Part shown: piece after piece, positions 11,616-23,445 of the stretch
Numbering within the stretch: the stretch's first letter is position 1
How the letters are laid out: the number at the start of each line of letters is the position of its first letter
NCBI GenBank assembly: GCA_046563655.1
Contig: CM102289.1
Coordinates: 6,944,001 to 7,008,000 of the forward strand
Direction: 5' to 3'
Source: Yuukianura sp. NJ FZ-2021
Taxonomy: Eukaryota
DNA: 64,000 nt
Program-made: the position numbers and the translations under genes
Notes under the pieces: model-generated
Told to the model about the DNA's origin: nothing
The model's database searches: none
The model's input: only the letters and a program-made list of their open reading frames with translations

Positions 11616-12221
11616 TTACACGCACTTGCAAAGTCCACTGACCAACTTATTGTAACTCGTCCGAAAAACATCAACAAAATCGAATGACTTGAAATGATTT
11701 CCATTAAGCAGGAATCTTGCGACTGCGTCGTTGGTGCAACTCTGTTTGGTTTCAACCAGCTTACAAGCCGTTCCGCTCTTACATTCGTCACCCCGGCCAC
11801 CTTCAGGAGGAATGCAGCTTGATCCTTCAGTGATGACACAAGCGTTGTTGGCTCTGACCGTGGTGACATTAAACGGAAGTCCAGCAATTGGGACAGTGCA
11901 GTCACAAGTATTGCTGGCCTGGTTGCAAACCAAGTTCTTGTTGTGGTCACACAGGGCGTTGACAGAGTCTGTGAACTTCTCCAGTGATCGAGCGACGGTG
12001 GCAAATGTAAAGATGGTGGACATCTCGGACATTTTGTTGTGCATGTCGATGTTAAAGGCTTGTCTTCTGGATTCGTCTGCGTAGAGGCATGCCTGTCCGT
12101 AGTTGAGTGTGCCCTTGGCGTCGTAGCGTGTTTTGGCACGCTGAAATTCGGCCAAGTAGGAATTTGCAGCCACTAGTCCACAAATGGCCAGAAATAGCAC
12201 AAAGACTAAATAAATTTTCAT
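11616..12221 (-). CDS. Secreted cysteine-rich protein (201 aa, single exon; EB-domain-like Cys spacing)
   Basis: ATG at 12221, signal peptide MKIYLVFVLFLAICGLVAA, CDHNKNLVCNQASNTCDC motif, TATA-like ATTTAA upstream. No precise family recognised. Confidence 0.75.
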   Translation of the reverse strand: MKIYLVFVLFLAICGLVAANSYLAEFQRAKTRYDAKGTLNYGQACLYADESRRQAFNIDMHNKMSEMSTIFTFATVARSLEKFTDSVNALCDHNKNLVCNQASNTCDCTVPIAGLPFNVTTVRANNACVITEGSSCIPPEGGRGDECKSGTACKLVETKQSCTNDAVARFLLNGNHFKSFDFVDVFRTSYNKLVSGLCKCV

Positions 12222-12981
12222 TTTGAACAATCGCAGAAAGCGTTTGACAACGTTGGAAACCAAATGAACGGAAATTAACACACTCAGCAACTTTTCTATT
12301 CAATGGCTCTTAAATAAGTTCAGTTTAATTAAGGTTTTGGGTCAATTTAATTTAATTTTCATCCAAAATTTATACCTTTAATCACTTTAAATTTGTTGTG
12401 GTTTACAAAAGCTTACCCAACATGGTTTTAATTTGAAATGAAAATTCTTTTCTTTTATTTTTCCCCATTAATATATAAACAGTTTGATGAAACTTAAAGA
12501 CTAAAGATAGAATATTTCGTATAATTCTCTTCCGGAAGGAAGCGTTGCTAAGATGGAGGCACAGTTACCACGTTGCATTTCAAGGCTAATTCTCTGCATG
12601 TGAAATGAAAATTGTATAGAAATTAGGGGAAAAAATATAGAAAATAATTTAATGCACTAAAACAAGTGCATATGTACTAAAGATGAACCAATATTTGTGT
12701 TTCTTGAGCACTTTTTGTAATAGTAAGTATAAAATTTGCAAATTTTTGCCAAATTTTGTTTTCCATTTTACAAATTTGACCTGCTGCAACCTTGGTCACA
12801 GAAGAAGGCTGGTTGAATCCGATTTCAATCTTGTAGGGTCATCGTGGAATATCACACTTTTTTTATAATAACGAAAAAATATTAGGGTGTCCTTGCAGTA
12901 TTTTAAGTTGTGAGCGGTTAGTGACAACATGCAGGATTCGTCGGTGCCCTCTTGGAGCAAAGTCCGGGCAATTCAACAAGC

Positions 12982-13312
12982 AAAATTCCAAATTTCAAAA
13001 AGCTAGAAATTTAATATTAAATTTAGAGTAAAACATAAGGAAAATTAGAAATTTCAATAGTCTTCTTCAGCATGTCGTAGACATGCGTCTCCAGAAGACT
13101 AAAAAACTAGAAATTTAATATGAAATTTAGAGTACGTATAACATAACGAAAATTCCAAATTTCAGAAAGCTAGCAATTTAATATTAAATTTAGAGTATAA
13201 TATAAGGCAAATTCCAAATTTCAAAAAGCTAGAAAATTAATATGAAGTCTAAAGTATAATATAAGGCAAATTCCAAATTTCTAAAAGCTAGAAATTTAAT
13301 ATGAAATTTAGC
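12982..13312. repeat. ~59-bp AT-rich minisatellite (about 5 imperfect units), probably transposon-derived
   Basis: Repeated unit aaattccaaatttcaaaaagctagaaatttaatattaaatttagagtataatataaggc. Confidence 0.8.
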
Positions 13313-13621
13313 TGTTAGGTAAATACCCACTTAACCCATGGTAAATTGGGTATCACCAAACCCTGTTTAAAAATCACATTAGGATTGACATTGGCAATCT
13401 AAACTGCATTATAGAAGGATTTGGGAAAAACAAGACCAAGGTTGACAGTGAACTTTGGAAGTCGAACCGAGATTAGTTGCAGTAGTTACAAGGTTTATCA
13501 ATTACGAATTTTCGCTGACTCTGCGGCTGATGGGTATGGAAAGTTTGAACTATAAGTAACTCAGGCCGTCAGCACATCCAATTCAAACACTTTCTAGAAA
13601 TCAGTCAAGAGTTTCACAATA

Positions 13622-15833
13622 ATGATTCAGGAACGGGCGGCCGAAAGTGGATTGCTTCTTGTGCTTTGGTCTTTCTTCAGTCTTTGCATGACCGGAGTCT
13701 CCATTTTGTTCTACACCAAAATGCATCGACAACTTTTCAAACTCTTCCGCGTTTTTCTCTTGTCACCAATTACGTTTCTCGTGGTTCAGTTCTCAGTGAG
13801 CGTCCTGTGTCTAAACGAAGTTCTTCGAGCATGCGTCTCGATCTTACTGTGGATTCGATACCGTGGAAAGGCTGCTTTGGTCAAGGATGGATCCGATGCC
13901 GTGTGGGAGTTCAAAGGAAAAGGCTCAACACGCATGATTCTTGTTCCGGCCATTTTGTCTCAGAAAGCTGTTTTGTTTGAACATAGCGTCGCGGGAGAAT
14001 TGGAAAAACGACTGTTTGAAGGCGGGAAAACGAATTCGGCCTATCAAAAACTGAAATCGGTCGTTTTCAGTTTCTGTGGCTTCGTTGCTACGAGGGAGGT
14101 GAACGACTTCAATGTGCGGAATCACGTGCGCACACTCCGTAGAAATGAAGTGTATACGGAAGAGGACATGACAGAGTTGTTGTCAGAGTTTTGTCATGAC
14201 ATGGACTTCGACAAGCCACAATGGGAGATACTGATTATCCGACGATTCTTGGGTAAAGGTCAATTGTCCATTTTACTAGTGATAAAGTCTAACTAACCTA
14301 ACTTAACAAAAACAACACTTCGATTGCTCAGCATAGCAAGCCTAACCTAAACCTAACTTATTTTTGTTTGTTTTAGACAAAACTGATGAAGTTGAGAAAT
14401 CTGCTCTCATTTTTCGTGTAAGATGTCAACAGTTTTTTTTTCAACGTTTTTGGAAATGCTCACAATTCAAAAGCTAACAAATCTCAACTCTAAACATACA
14501 CTGTTTAAAATGATTTCTTAAAAACATGTTTTTTTTAAAGTTTTCACTCAAAATCGTTTTTTTAACAGTTTCATCACTCCTACCTGGACGGAATTTCAAT
14601 GTTGATGATGCTCAATAAACTTAGCGATGACTACACATACAAACTAAATCCACTCACTACTGGACTACCAACATGGAAAATGGCTCTGCACTACGCAAAT
14701 GCTCTAATTTTTGGAAGTCTTCAACTATACCAAATTGCCATCAATCGACTTCGCACCCAATGGAAAACCAATCCATCTCTTTCAACCGGAAACAAAATTT
14801 TCGTTTGGTCCAGAAACCAATTTTCACTTGAAACTCTCCAAAAAATTCGAGCTGAATCCAGAGCGTCCATTGCCAACATTTTGGGTTTGGCATTTGCCGA
14901 ATCTTGTCGTCGTGTCCTGCCAAAAGATCGCTTAGTTGAAAACGTTCAAATTGCCGAAGTCATGGCTTTACTGCCTTATCCAAACACGAAACCTCAGAAT
15001 CGGTTTACGATGTTCTCTTATCCAGTGGACGTGTCACCTGACTTCATTGCTGTGTTTAGTCTTAATGAACGACTAAAAGCACTGAAAGAAGAGGCGCATG
15101 ATTCTATTATGGGACCACAACCACTGGTGGCTTACTATTTTCTGAAGCTAGTCGGACGTTTGCCAAAGATCTTCTTTCCGATTTTCTTAGGCGGGACACA
15201 TGATTCACTTTATTTGAGTTCTGCGCCATGCTCGAGAGAAAAATTTACGTTGTTCCAGGGTCAGTGTGACGCAGTCGGAGCGTTCCAGCCATGTTTTAGT
15301 GAAACAGGTCAGTCAAAGGTCAAAGTCTTTGTTTATCTTTTTTGAGCGCTTGAACAAAGTAGCGCCCTCTTCTGGGAGAACAAGAATTTTAGAGCTAATT
15401 TGTTTTCTCTTCAAATGCAGGAATTATACTCAGCACTGTAGCTTATGAAAAGTGGATCAACGTTTGCCTTGGCGTTGACGCTTCCTGGTTGCTACGCGAT
15501 GAAGCTCTGTCGGTTGTTGAGACGATGTCAAAGGTTATTGATGAACTACTTGAAGCAGCTACACCAGTTCAGGTCAAACCAGTTGTCCAGGTCTTCAATG
15601 ATGCTCCGACGCCACTTCCGAATGTTCCCGAAGAGGAAGAAATTAAACAAGACGCTTTTGGCTCAAAAACGTCAGTTTCAGACAGCAGTGACCATGGGAT
15701 TCACTCGCAAGAAAGCTTGACAGATTCAGTCAAAGATGATGAAAATCAAAATCAAGCAAAAAAGAAAAAAGTTCGAAGTCGAAACAAACCCAAAGTCAAT
15801 ACAGCTTCGACTGGAAGAAAGCGTTCGGTCTAA
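13622..15833 (+). CDS. Wax ester synthase/diacylglycerol acyltransferase (WS/DGAT)-like O-acyltransferase
   Basis: Four exons (13622-~14251, ~14377-14417, 14569-15307, 15421-15833). Splicing reconstitutes SALIFR-FHHSYLDGISML, an intact HHxxxDG catalytic motif, preceded by DFDKPQWEILII. N-terminal TM segments and an acidic/basic tail. Confidence 0.8.
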
Positions 15834-16931
15834 AATTTTCCACAACAAAAAGAGAGAAAGTGATGGATTTTGTGTACTTTTTAGACATAATATCACAAAT
15901 ACTCAAAAAATAGAATATTTAAGCTAAAAATTAACGTTAAGTTAGCAATTTAGTATAATTCCAGATTTGTAATTGTGGTTTGAAGAATGTTTGGTTTTAT
16001 TTTTTAAGTTTTTCTTTTGAATTCTTTGTTCCAAATTTTTTATGACTTCGACTTGCCACCATAGCATGTCGATTTCACTCTCATTTGAACTTTATCGAAA
16101 GAAAAAGCCAGTTATTGTAAGTTTCAGATCAGTGAATTCGTACCATTAAATACATTGACATTTTTGGTTTTTGAATTTTTCTTTGTAATGGTAAAGACAA
16201 ATTTCAAAAACGACTTCACCTTCAAATCACTTTAATGCGAAGCTTCCTCTCCAATTCTTTGTCAACTTTCCTTCACCTTCGTTTTCAATTGAAGTGAAAC
16301 GACAAGAAAGAAATGAATTCGGTAATATTGACACCGCCCAAAACTAAAATCCAAAAAAAGAAACAAAAGAGATCACGCTTTGTTAATTTCACGATGATTT
16401 GGATTCAGTCAAAATTTCATTGTCAATAAATCGACACTAGTTGAAGTAGTTTACATACAATTTCCTAAGTTGTGCTGTTTTTCCAAGTTGACCTTACATG
16501 GATTTTGGACTTTTTCTGAATGATTGACACAATTCGTCAATGAATTGAAAAAAAAACGGAAAAATAAGTGTCTTTGTGCGCACGTCTATTTCTTGTACAA
16601 CAACTTTCAGTTTAGTTCCAACGCTGTCAAAAGCCAACAATACTGAAAGTTTTTGAAAAAAAGAATGATTTTTTTGGTGTGGTGGTTTAAGAACTTTGAA
16701 GACGTTATACTTTATACACCCTTGATTCATACACTACATTGTCGTAACACAAATGTGGTGTGTAGTTATGCAGAAACAATATTGTGACACAGGCAGAACA
16801 TCAAGTCTGAATTTTATGTTTTGAAATTCTTTCGCTTGATTTTGTGCTTTTTATTAGGAAGGAATTTCAAGAATCCAGTGTTGTTTACTAAACATTTTTT
16901 TGTACTTTAACTTTCTAAAAAGCAGTTCATT

Positions 16932-19895
16932 ATGAATGCAGCCTACTCTGATTTGGTTTCAAAAACTTTGTGCTTATGGTTCAGCGTCATTGGATTCTTC
17001 ATCACGTGCCACAAATGTATGATGGATATATTTTTGTTTATTGAATTTTAATAATTATAGTTTTGCAAGTACTTTGGTTTATAATTTCATGATTTATATG
17101 TTTTCATTGACTTTTCACACAACTAGGTCAAAACGCAATTCCAAACAAAATGGAGGTTTCACCTGCAGCATCATCCTACGAATGCAACGGTGTCGAATCA
17201 TTTGAAAAAGTTAACGGCGTCGAATTGCCAAAAGTTGGGAGAATTCCGTTGTTCTCGAGTACTAGTGGAGCCATTACTGCTGATTGCTACAACAGGTTTA
17301 CAAATATAATTTGAAAACCGAAATTTTTAAAATTTACAAAATTTTGAAACCATTGGTTGTCAAATGTTAATCTATAGATGCCGTTCTTCAAGTAGCTGCT
17401 CTGCATTTTGGATTGACTACAACAGTTCCGAATGTTTTCGTCTCACACAACCGAAATTCATTGACAAGAAAATGGACATTGACTTTACTCGAGCCGCTGC
17501 ATATTTTGAGCGCATGTGCTTGTTTGGTAAAAGAAAAACGAAAAAATCTATTTTGAAATGCAAAACGGGCGAGCTATTAGATCCGAAAAATTTTGATTTC
17601 AGGAGATGTTTGTAGTAAAGCTTGGGTTGCTGAGCGGATTCCTGGATATGAACTCATGGGCTATGACGACGTGATCATTCGGAGTGTAATTTCTAGAAAG
17701 CGGTGCATAGAGCTCTGTGTGACTGAAAAACGGCTGCCATGTCGATCAGCCGATTTTTGGGGAAGTCGCAAAGAGTGTCGCCTGAGTAGAGAAGATCGTC
17801 GCAGTCAGCCTGGCGCTTTTGTCAAATCGGCTTCTGAAGTGGACTACATTGAAAATGCTTGCAATGGTTTTTCCAACATACCACATAAAAATATTTTCAA
17901 TTTTGACAATTTCCAAAAAATTTTGAATTCTAGAGCCACCTCAAGTCGAAGAGAGAGGAAAAGATTGCGAGTGGGAAGTGATGCATGGAGCTGAATTCAA
18001 AGTTTATGATTTCACTACAAAGTCTGCAAACATGAATGACGTAAAAATGTTTAAAAAAAAATTCAGTTTTTTGAATTTTTGAGTTGAATCTATTATTTTG
18101 TTTCAAAAGTGTCAACGGACATGTGAAACTTACAATGCGTTTACATGTCGCTCTGTCACTTTTGATGCTGCTTCGGGCCTTTGTCTTCTAAGTGGTTCCG
18201 ACACAGCGACAACTTCAAACAAACTGTTAAGTCCACGTGAAAAAAAAGTTTATGCGCAGAGAGTACCTTGTGTTGACAGTAAGCTTTTGGATAAGTTTTT
18301 AACATCGCTTCTTTTTTGCAAAAATTAATGTCGCTATTATTGTTTCGATTTATTTAGTGTCGCTAGAATGTCACGGAGAAACGATGCTGGCAAAATTGAA
18401 GTCCCATGCGCCGTTTTACGGCAAAATGTTTACAATTCCTTCAAGTCCAAACTGCGAAGCTCATGGAATTGGAGAACTTCTTACCAGTATCACACTGCCC
18501 CTGAACGCTTGCGGAGTTCTAAAGTAATTTTTAATCAACTAAAGTAAAATTTTGAGTTTTTTAAATTTTTATTTGAATAGAGAGGAGGATGGAACTTTTG
18601 CCACAACTCTTCTAGTTCAACAGCATCCGTTAATCCAGAAACGCGGTGACTCTGCTTTTCGACTCGTTTGTTCATTTCCAGAAGGAAACCGAACTCTGTC
18701 GAAACTTTTTGCTTATGGAACCGATTCTCCACGAAACGGCGATATTTCTGCTGCTGCAAGCGATGCTACCGGTCCTTCCGGTACCGGAATCGGAACTTCT
18801 GTAGTTATCAATTCAACTGCAAAGTCTCCCTTTGTGACTCTACGTATCCTTGACTCCAATGGGGATGATGTCACCGGAGTTTCTCTGGGTGACGAACTAT
18901 TTTTTGTTGTTCAAGTGGAAGAACCAAGTGCTTACGGAATATTAGTTCGTGACCTCATTGCCAAAAGTGGAACAAAGGAAGATGAACTTGTTCTGTTGGA
19001 TTCCCGCGGTTGTCCAGAAGATCCATCTATTTTTCCATTTCTCAAAAAAGAGAAAGATTCAAAATCACTCAAAACGAGATTCGAAGCTTTCAAATTTACT
19101 AACGACGCCGTCGTGCGATTTCAACTGCATCTTCAATTTTGCCGTCATGAATGCCCTCCAGTGAGCCAAAAATGTCCTAACCAAAGTAGTTGTAGTGTTG
19201 ATCAATAGATTCATGACTCATTGGAAATTTTTCATAAGTTCATTGGGAGATTTTTCATAAGTGACCTTGGGAATGTCAATTTCATTTTGCAGGTCAAGTG
19301 TGACGGTGAATCTTCTTATGGACGAAGGCGTCGTGACTTTGGAGAAGATGAGGATCCAGAAGAACGCAAAAACAATACAGATTTGTTGGAACTAAGACGT
19401 GAAATAATTGTCAATTCTCCGCCTACGTCCAAAAGCAATCGTAGACGCGGACATCTCAATGACACGACTAAAATTTTCAGTGTAGTTGAAGATGATTTGA
19501 GCAGCAAAAGCACAAGTGAGCATAATTTTTACGTATTCACATGACATGACTTTACTTTTCATAGACGTCACAAGATTAATTTGTCGATTTTATCTTACTC
19601 TTTTAATTATTTTTGGTATTAATCAGATTCAGACTCGCTGGTGTGCAGTTCTAAGGAACTTGTCATTGGACTCATCATTGGATTCGCAACTCTCCAGATT
19701 CTGATTGTTGTCTTTTCTGTCTTGTGCGTATGCCAAATGAACAAAAAGAAAGCGATGATTAATCAACCGGAGATGAACAATGGAGGTTTTACACTACGAT
19801 CTCCACACCTTCCACATTTTACTACATCTTCATCACCACTTAACATCCGACCAAGTACTAACATAACCGCACCCAGAATGCATCGTAGAAACTAA
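16932..19895 (+). CDS. PAN/Apple + zona pellucida (ZP) domain transmembrane apical-ECM/cuticle protein (NompA/Trynity/Neyo-type family)
   Basis: Signal exon from ATG 16932. Three PAN-like modules (e.g. CIELCVTEKRLPCRSADF..CRLSREDRRSQP), ZP domain (LVQQHPLIQ, LDSRGCPEDPSIFP, FEAFKF), furin site RRRRD, TM helix and short cytoplasmic tail. Confidence 0.85.
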
Positions 19896-20699
19896 AAATA
19901 ATTATGCATTTTCAACTGTTTTGACAAATAATTATTTTTGTATAAGCATTTTGTCGTTTTTGACAACTTCTGCCTTACAGTTTTCAAATTCTTGACGTCT
20001 TTCTTTTTTCATGCGAGGATGAAATGATAAAAGTGAATTTAAGCTTTGTAAGTTCTAATCAAATATGCTTCAATTTTTTTTTTTTTGAATTTTGAATTTT
20101 TATGCAGCAAGTGTAGCGTGACTTTCAATTTCCAAGAATTTTAATATCAATTTTGCAATGACGTGCGGAATTTACGCGCGTCAACTTGTTTATGGTCGTG
20201 TTTGCACATTTTATTACTATCGAGACAATTTTTAGAATAAGTAAGGTATTCTATTCTAAATCCGCAAATTCCGGAATAAACTATATTGAACCTGAACCGC
20301 TTCCAGTTTTATGACCACGCCAGACGCAATGTCCACAAGTGGCTGTATTTTACCTATAAGTACAACCTATAAATATAAGTGAGTCTAAAAATAGTCCAGG
20401 TCAATTCAAAGGTCAGATTAAGTTAAGCTTCTCAAAGGTGCCGGCAAGGTCACAAACAAAACCAGAAACGCATCAGTCGCCATTGATTTCACGTATGATT
20501 CTATCCTTTCGCAGCAAACAAAAGTTTGGCGTAGTACAATAAAATTTTATTTCAATTTTTTTTCCTAAAGGTCAATTAATTTGACCTGAACCTCAATTAC
20601 GCCGAAGTTTTTTGAAATCCAGAGAGGTAGTGGCTCAGCAACAAATAGGCATTTCCAAAATTAAGAAAAAAAACTTTTTAGAGAAATCTTAAAATGCAG

Positions 20700-21200
20700 T
20701 TTTTTAGAAGTTGAATGAAGCACTCAATTTTTCGCACGTACAGATCATGTTGGCAACATGATGTTGTAGTTTAACTTAATACGCTTCAACAGTTTCCGCT
20801 ATCAGTGGAATAGTCAACCACACCACGCCAAAGGCTGAATTGCGAATCAGCACAAAATCGTTGTTGCCATTGCCATGTTCAGTCATCTCATCAACTTTTT
20901 TTTTATATTTGTGTAAAAGTCACCTTGACATGAAGCTTGGAATAGAATTCATTAAGCCATTTCCAATTGTATAAGTTCTGTAACTTCTAGTAATGAAATT
21001 GATCAATTCTTATGCCAAGAGTGTTCATTAAGCTGTGAGGTCAAATGTGCCTCGTGACCTTTGGATTACCATTTCTCATGCATTTCCAGTATGCTGTCAT
21101 GGGGTCACGAGACAGCGTCAAAATGAGATACTGCTAGCATCTTCCATGATATACTAGTCAGTTGCTTTTCAAGTTTAAGTTTAGCATGGTACGAGCACCT
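20700..21200 (-). pseudogene. Possible decayed Mutator-like (MULE) transposase fragment
   Basis: Minus strand after an AG reads CSYHAKLKLEKQL (CxxH-like), then multiple stops, and later HVANMICTCEKL (SWIM-like CxC). Weak, by eye only. Confidence 0.3.
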
Positions 21201-22165
21201 AAACATATTTAGACCATGACCAAATCATAACTCCTGCGCGTTGAAAACATGACCAGATTAAAGAAACTGAACTGTGGAAACATTCGTGACATGACCTTTA
21301 CAGCTTCTAATCAAGAACTTACCGCTTTCCTTCTGGTGCAAAGCAGATTACAGTTTACTTTATGCGTTGTGCTAAAAATTTTGGGAAAAAAATGTTTTCA
21401 TTTTTCATTTCTCAAATTGTTTTGCCCAAAACTTTGATCTTTCAAGGCAAAATTTTCAAGTTTGGCAAAACAATTTCTATTGTTTTGACTCAAAAGCAAG
21501 GTTCGTGTTTTTTGTCATAAAATTGGCTATGGTCACTACTTGGCTCAAAATCTATAAGAACCACAAAAAATACAATGGAAAAATTTTTTGGCGGACGAAT
21601 TCAAAAGCGTACATAAACAGTTTAAACAGGAATTTTGCTTTTGTGTTCGTACAGGAAACTAACGTAAGCAATTCGCGACTTTTTGAAGACCAAAATTGTT
21701 GTTTTCATGCTCCGCTGAAACTGCAAAATTCCCAAAACTGAAAAATTTGCAATGTATATTCCAAGCAAAAGGTGCAGTAAAATTTTTTCTGTAAACATTC
21801 TGTAAAATTGAAATTCTATTGTCAAGTTTAAGTTTCCAGATGACAGAATTAGTGTACTTTCCAGATCATTTATTTTTAATTTTTTTTTGTACTGCGCATG
21901 ACTTTACCTTGTCCAATGCCATATATTGACTCATTCTCATCGCTTTACTACTATACTGCCTGGTTAACTAACAAAAGCTATTGAATTTAAATCACTTGCG
22001 GAAATTAGTTAAACTAATTCAAAATTAGAATGCCACTGTAACTCCTTTTCTGTAGACGCCCATTAACTAGATGTTTGAATTTTAGACGTAGACCATTTAT
22101 TTCTCTAGCTTTGGTCTACTTCATAATTTTGGCACGGGTGACCTTGAGTGACCTCTAATAATTCA

Positions 22166-22468
22166 GGGTTGAAAGACTTCCTAATGGATCCAGATTTGTG
22201 AGCGGATAAGAGCAAGGCCAATGTGGTTACTGCTCAATTAGTTGCAAGCGGAGATGAATTGTTGGGAGTCAGAGATTCAGCGACTAAACCAATTCCATTC
22301 TAAACGAGGATATGACATAGATTCGTATTAAATTTGAATCACGAGTCCATTAAAATCCTGGAAGAGTCACGGGAGTTAACTTGGTCCAATCAGGACACTC
22401 TGGATAACTTTAACAAGTATTCATAGCTTTCATACTTCTTTTTTAAGGAGAACTCGATTCATCTAAGG
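22166..22468 (+). pseudogene. Stop-disrupted exon-like remnant of unknown origin
   Basis: AG...GT-bounded, protein-like frame (LKDFLMDPDL*ADKSKANVVTAQLVASGDELLGVRD...) with four in-frame stops. Confidence 0.25.
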
Positions 22469-23189
22469 TAATTAGTCACTGAGATAATGAAGAAACTTTG
22501 TTTTAATTAAAAGTAACAAATTACAGCCAATTTGCAACTTTTTTTGTGCAATTCAAAGTGTCAAGCTAAAAAAAACTCAAGGCGCAGATATCACTGGAGC
22601 CGTGCGCAATTTTGCACAACAATTCCAGCTTACATAATTTCATTTTGTGTTGCTTTGTCACTCTTCTGGTAAAATTTCAAAATTTTAAGGAAGGTTATGA
22701 CCTCAAAATTTGTTTTAGTACTTGACAAATCACTTCTAATGGATCCAGCATAATCAAAGTGTTTTTGATGCGCACCAGCGATCACGCGGTTATCTTCAAA
22801 GTACTCTGCGCTAAGCACTTTTTCGAACGTGTTAATTTTCGCACCTTTCTTCGACTCAATCCTGATAAGATAACTTAAAAGGATAAGAATTTGAGATAAA
22901 GATTACGAACACATAAGTATTTCGATAGTTATCCAATGGAATTTTCCCAAAAATTTCGCAAAACAACGCAATCAAACTTCTGATGAAATTTAATTTCTAA
23001 AAAACTATGGTGGCAATGTGGTGCCTTAATTTCTTCTTAGAACCAATTCGAAATCAAAAGCCTTCACCTTGAACTTTATTTTTCTGTTTTTGAAATACAA
23101 CCTAAATGCCAAAAATGAAATTTGATTGCAATAGAACCAAAATTGCGACATTCCCGAAGGTATTAAATTCCACTTTGTATTAGTTTATC

Positions 23190-23445
23190 CATCAAATCAA
23201 GTCAAAAGAAAAGCAACCCTCCTTAACAAATTACTTTTTGTGGCGTACCTCCCTCTGGACTTTTCCAGACAAATTGTGGAGCTGATCAAAGATGAACAAA
23301 ATGCATGACTAAAATGATCCAATTTCAAAAAACACGTAGATTTCGTGATTGAATATTCATTAGTTGGAGTGGTTTTGACGCAAGAAAAACAACATCTCAA
23401 TAAGCTAAACGCGACATATTTGGAAATTGCGGTGGCGTTACCGTA
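23190..23445 (+). pseudogene. Possible decayed MULE transposase C-terminal fragment
   Basis: Frame reads LLNKLLFVAYLPLDFSRQIVELIKDEQNA*LK*SNFKKHVDFVIEY, reminiscent of the L.AFLP...F..Y region of MULE transposases; contains stops. Confidence 0.25.

Noticed and set aside
14290..14360. CCTAA (TTAGG) telomere-like repeats in a WS/DGAT intron
   Set aside because: Only a few degenerate units, typical of small repeat remnants; not a telomeric array.
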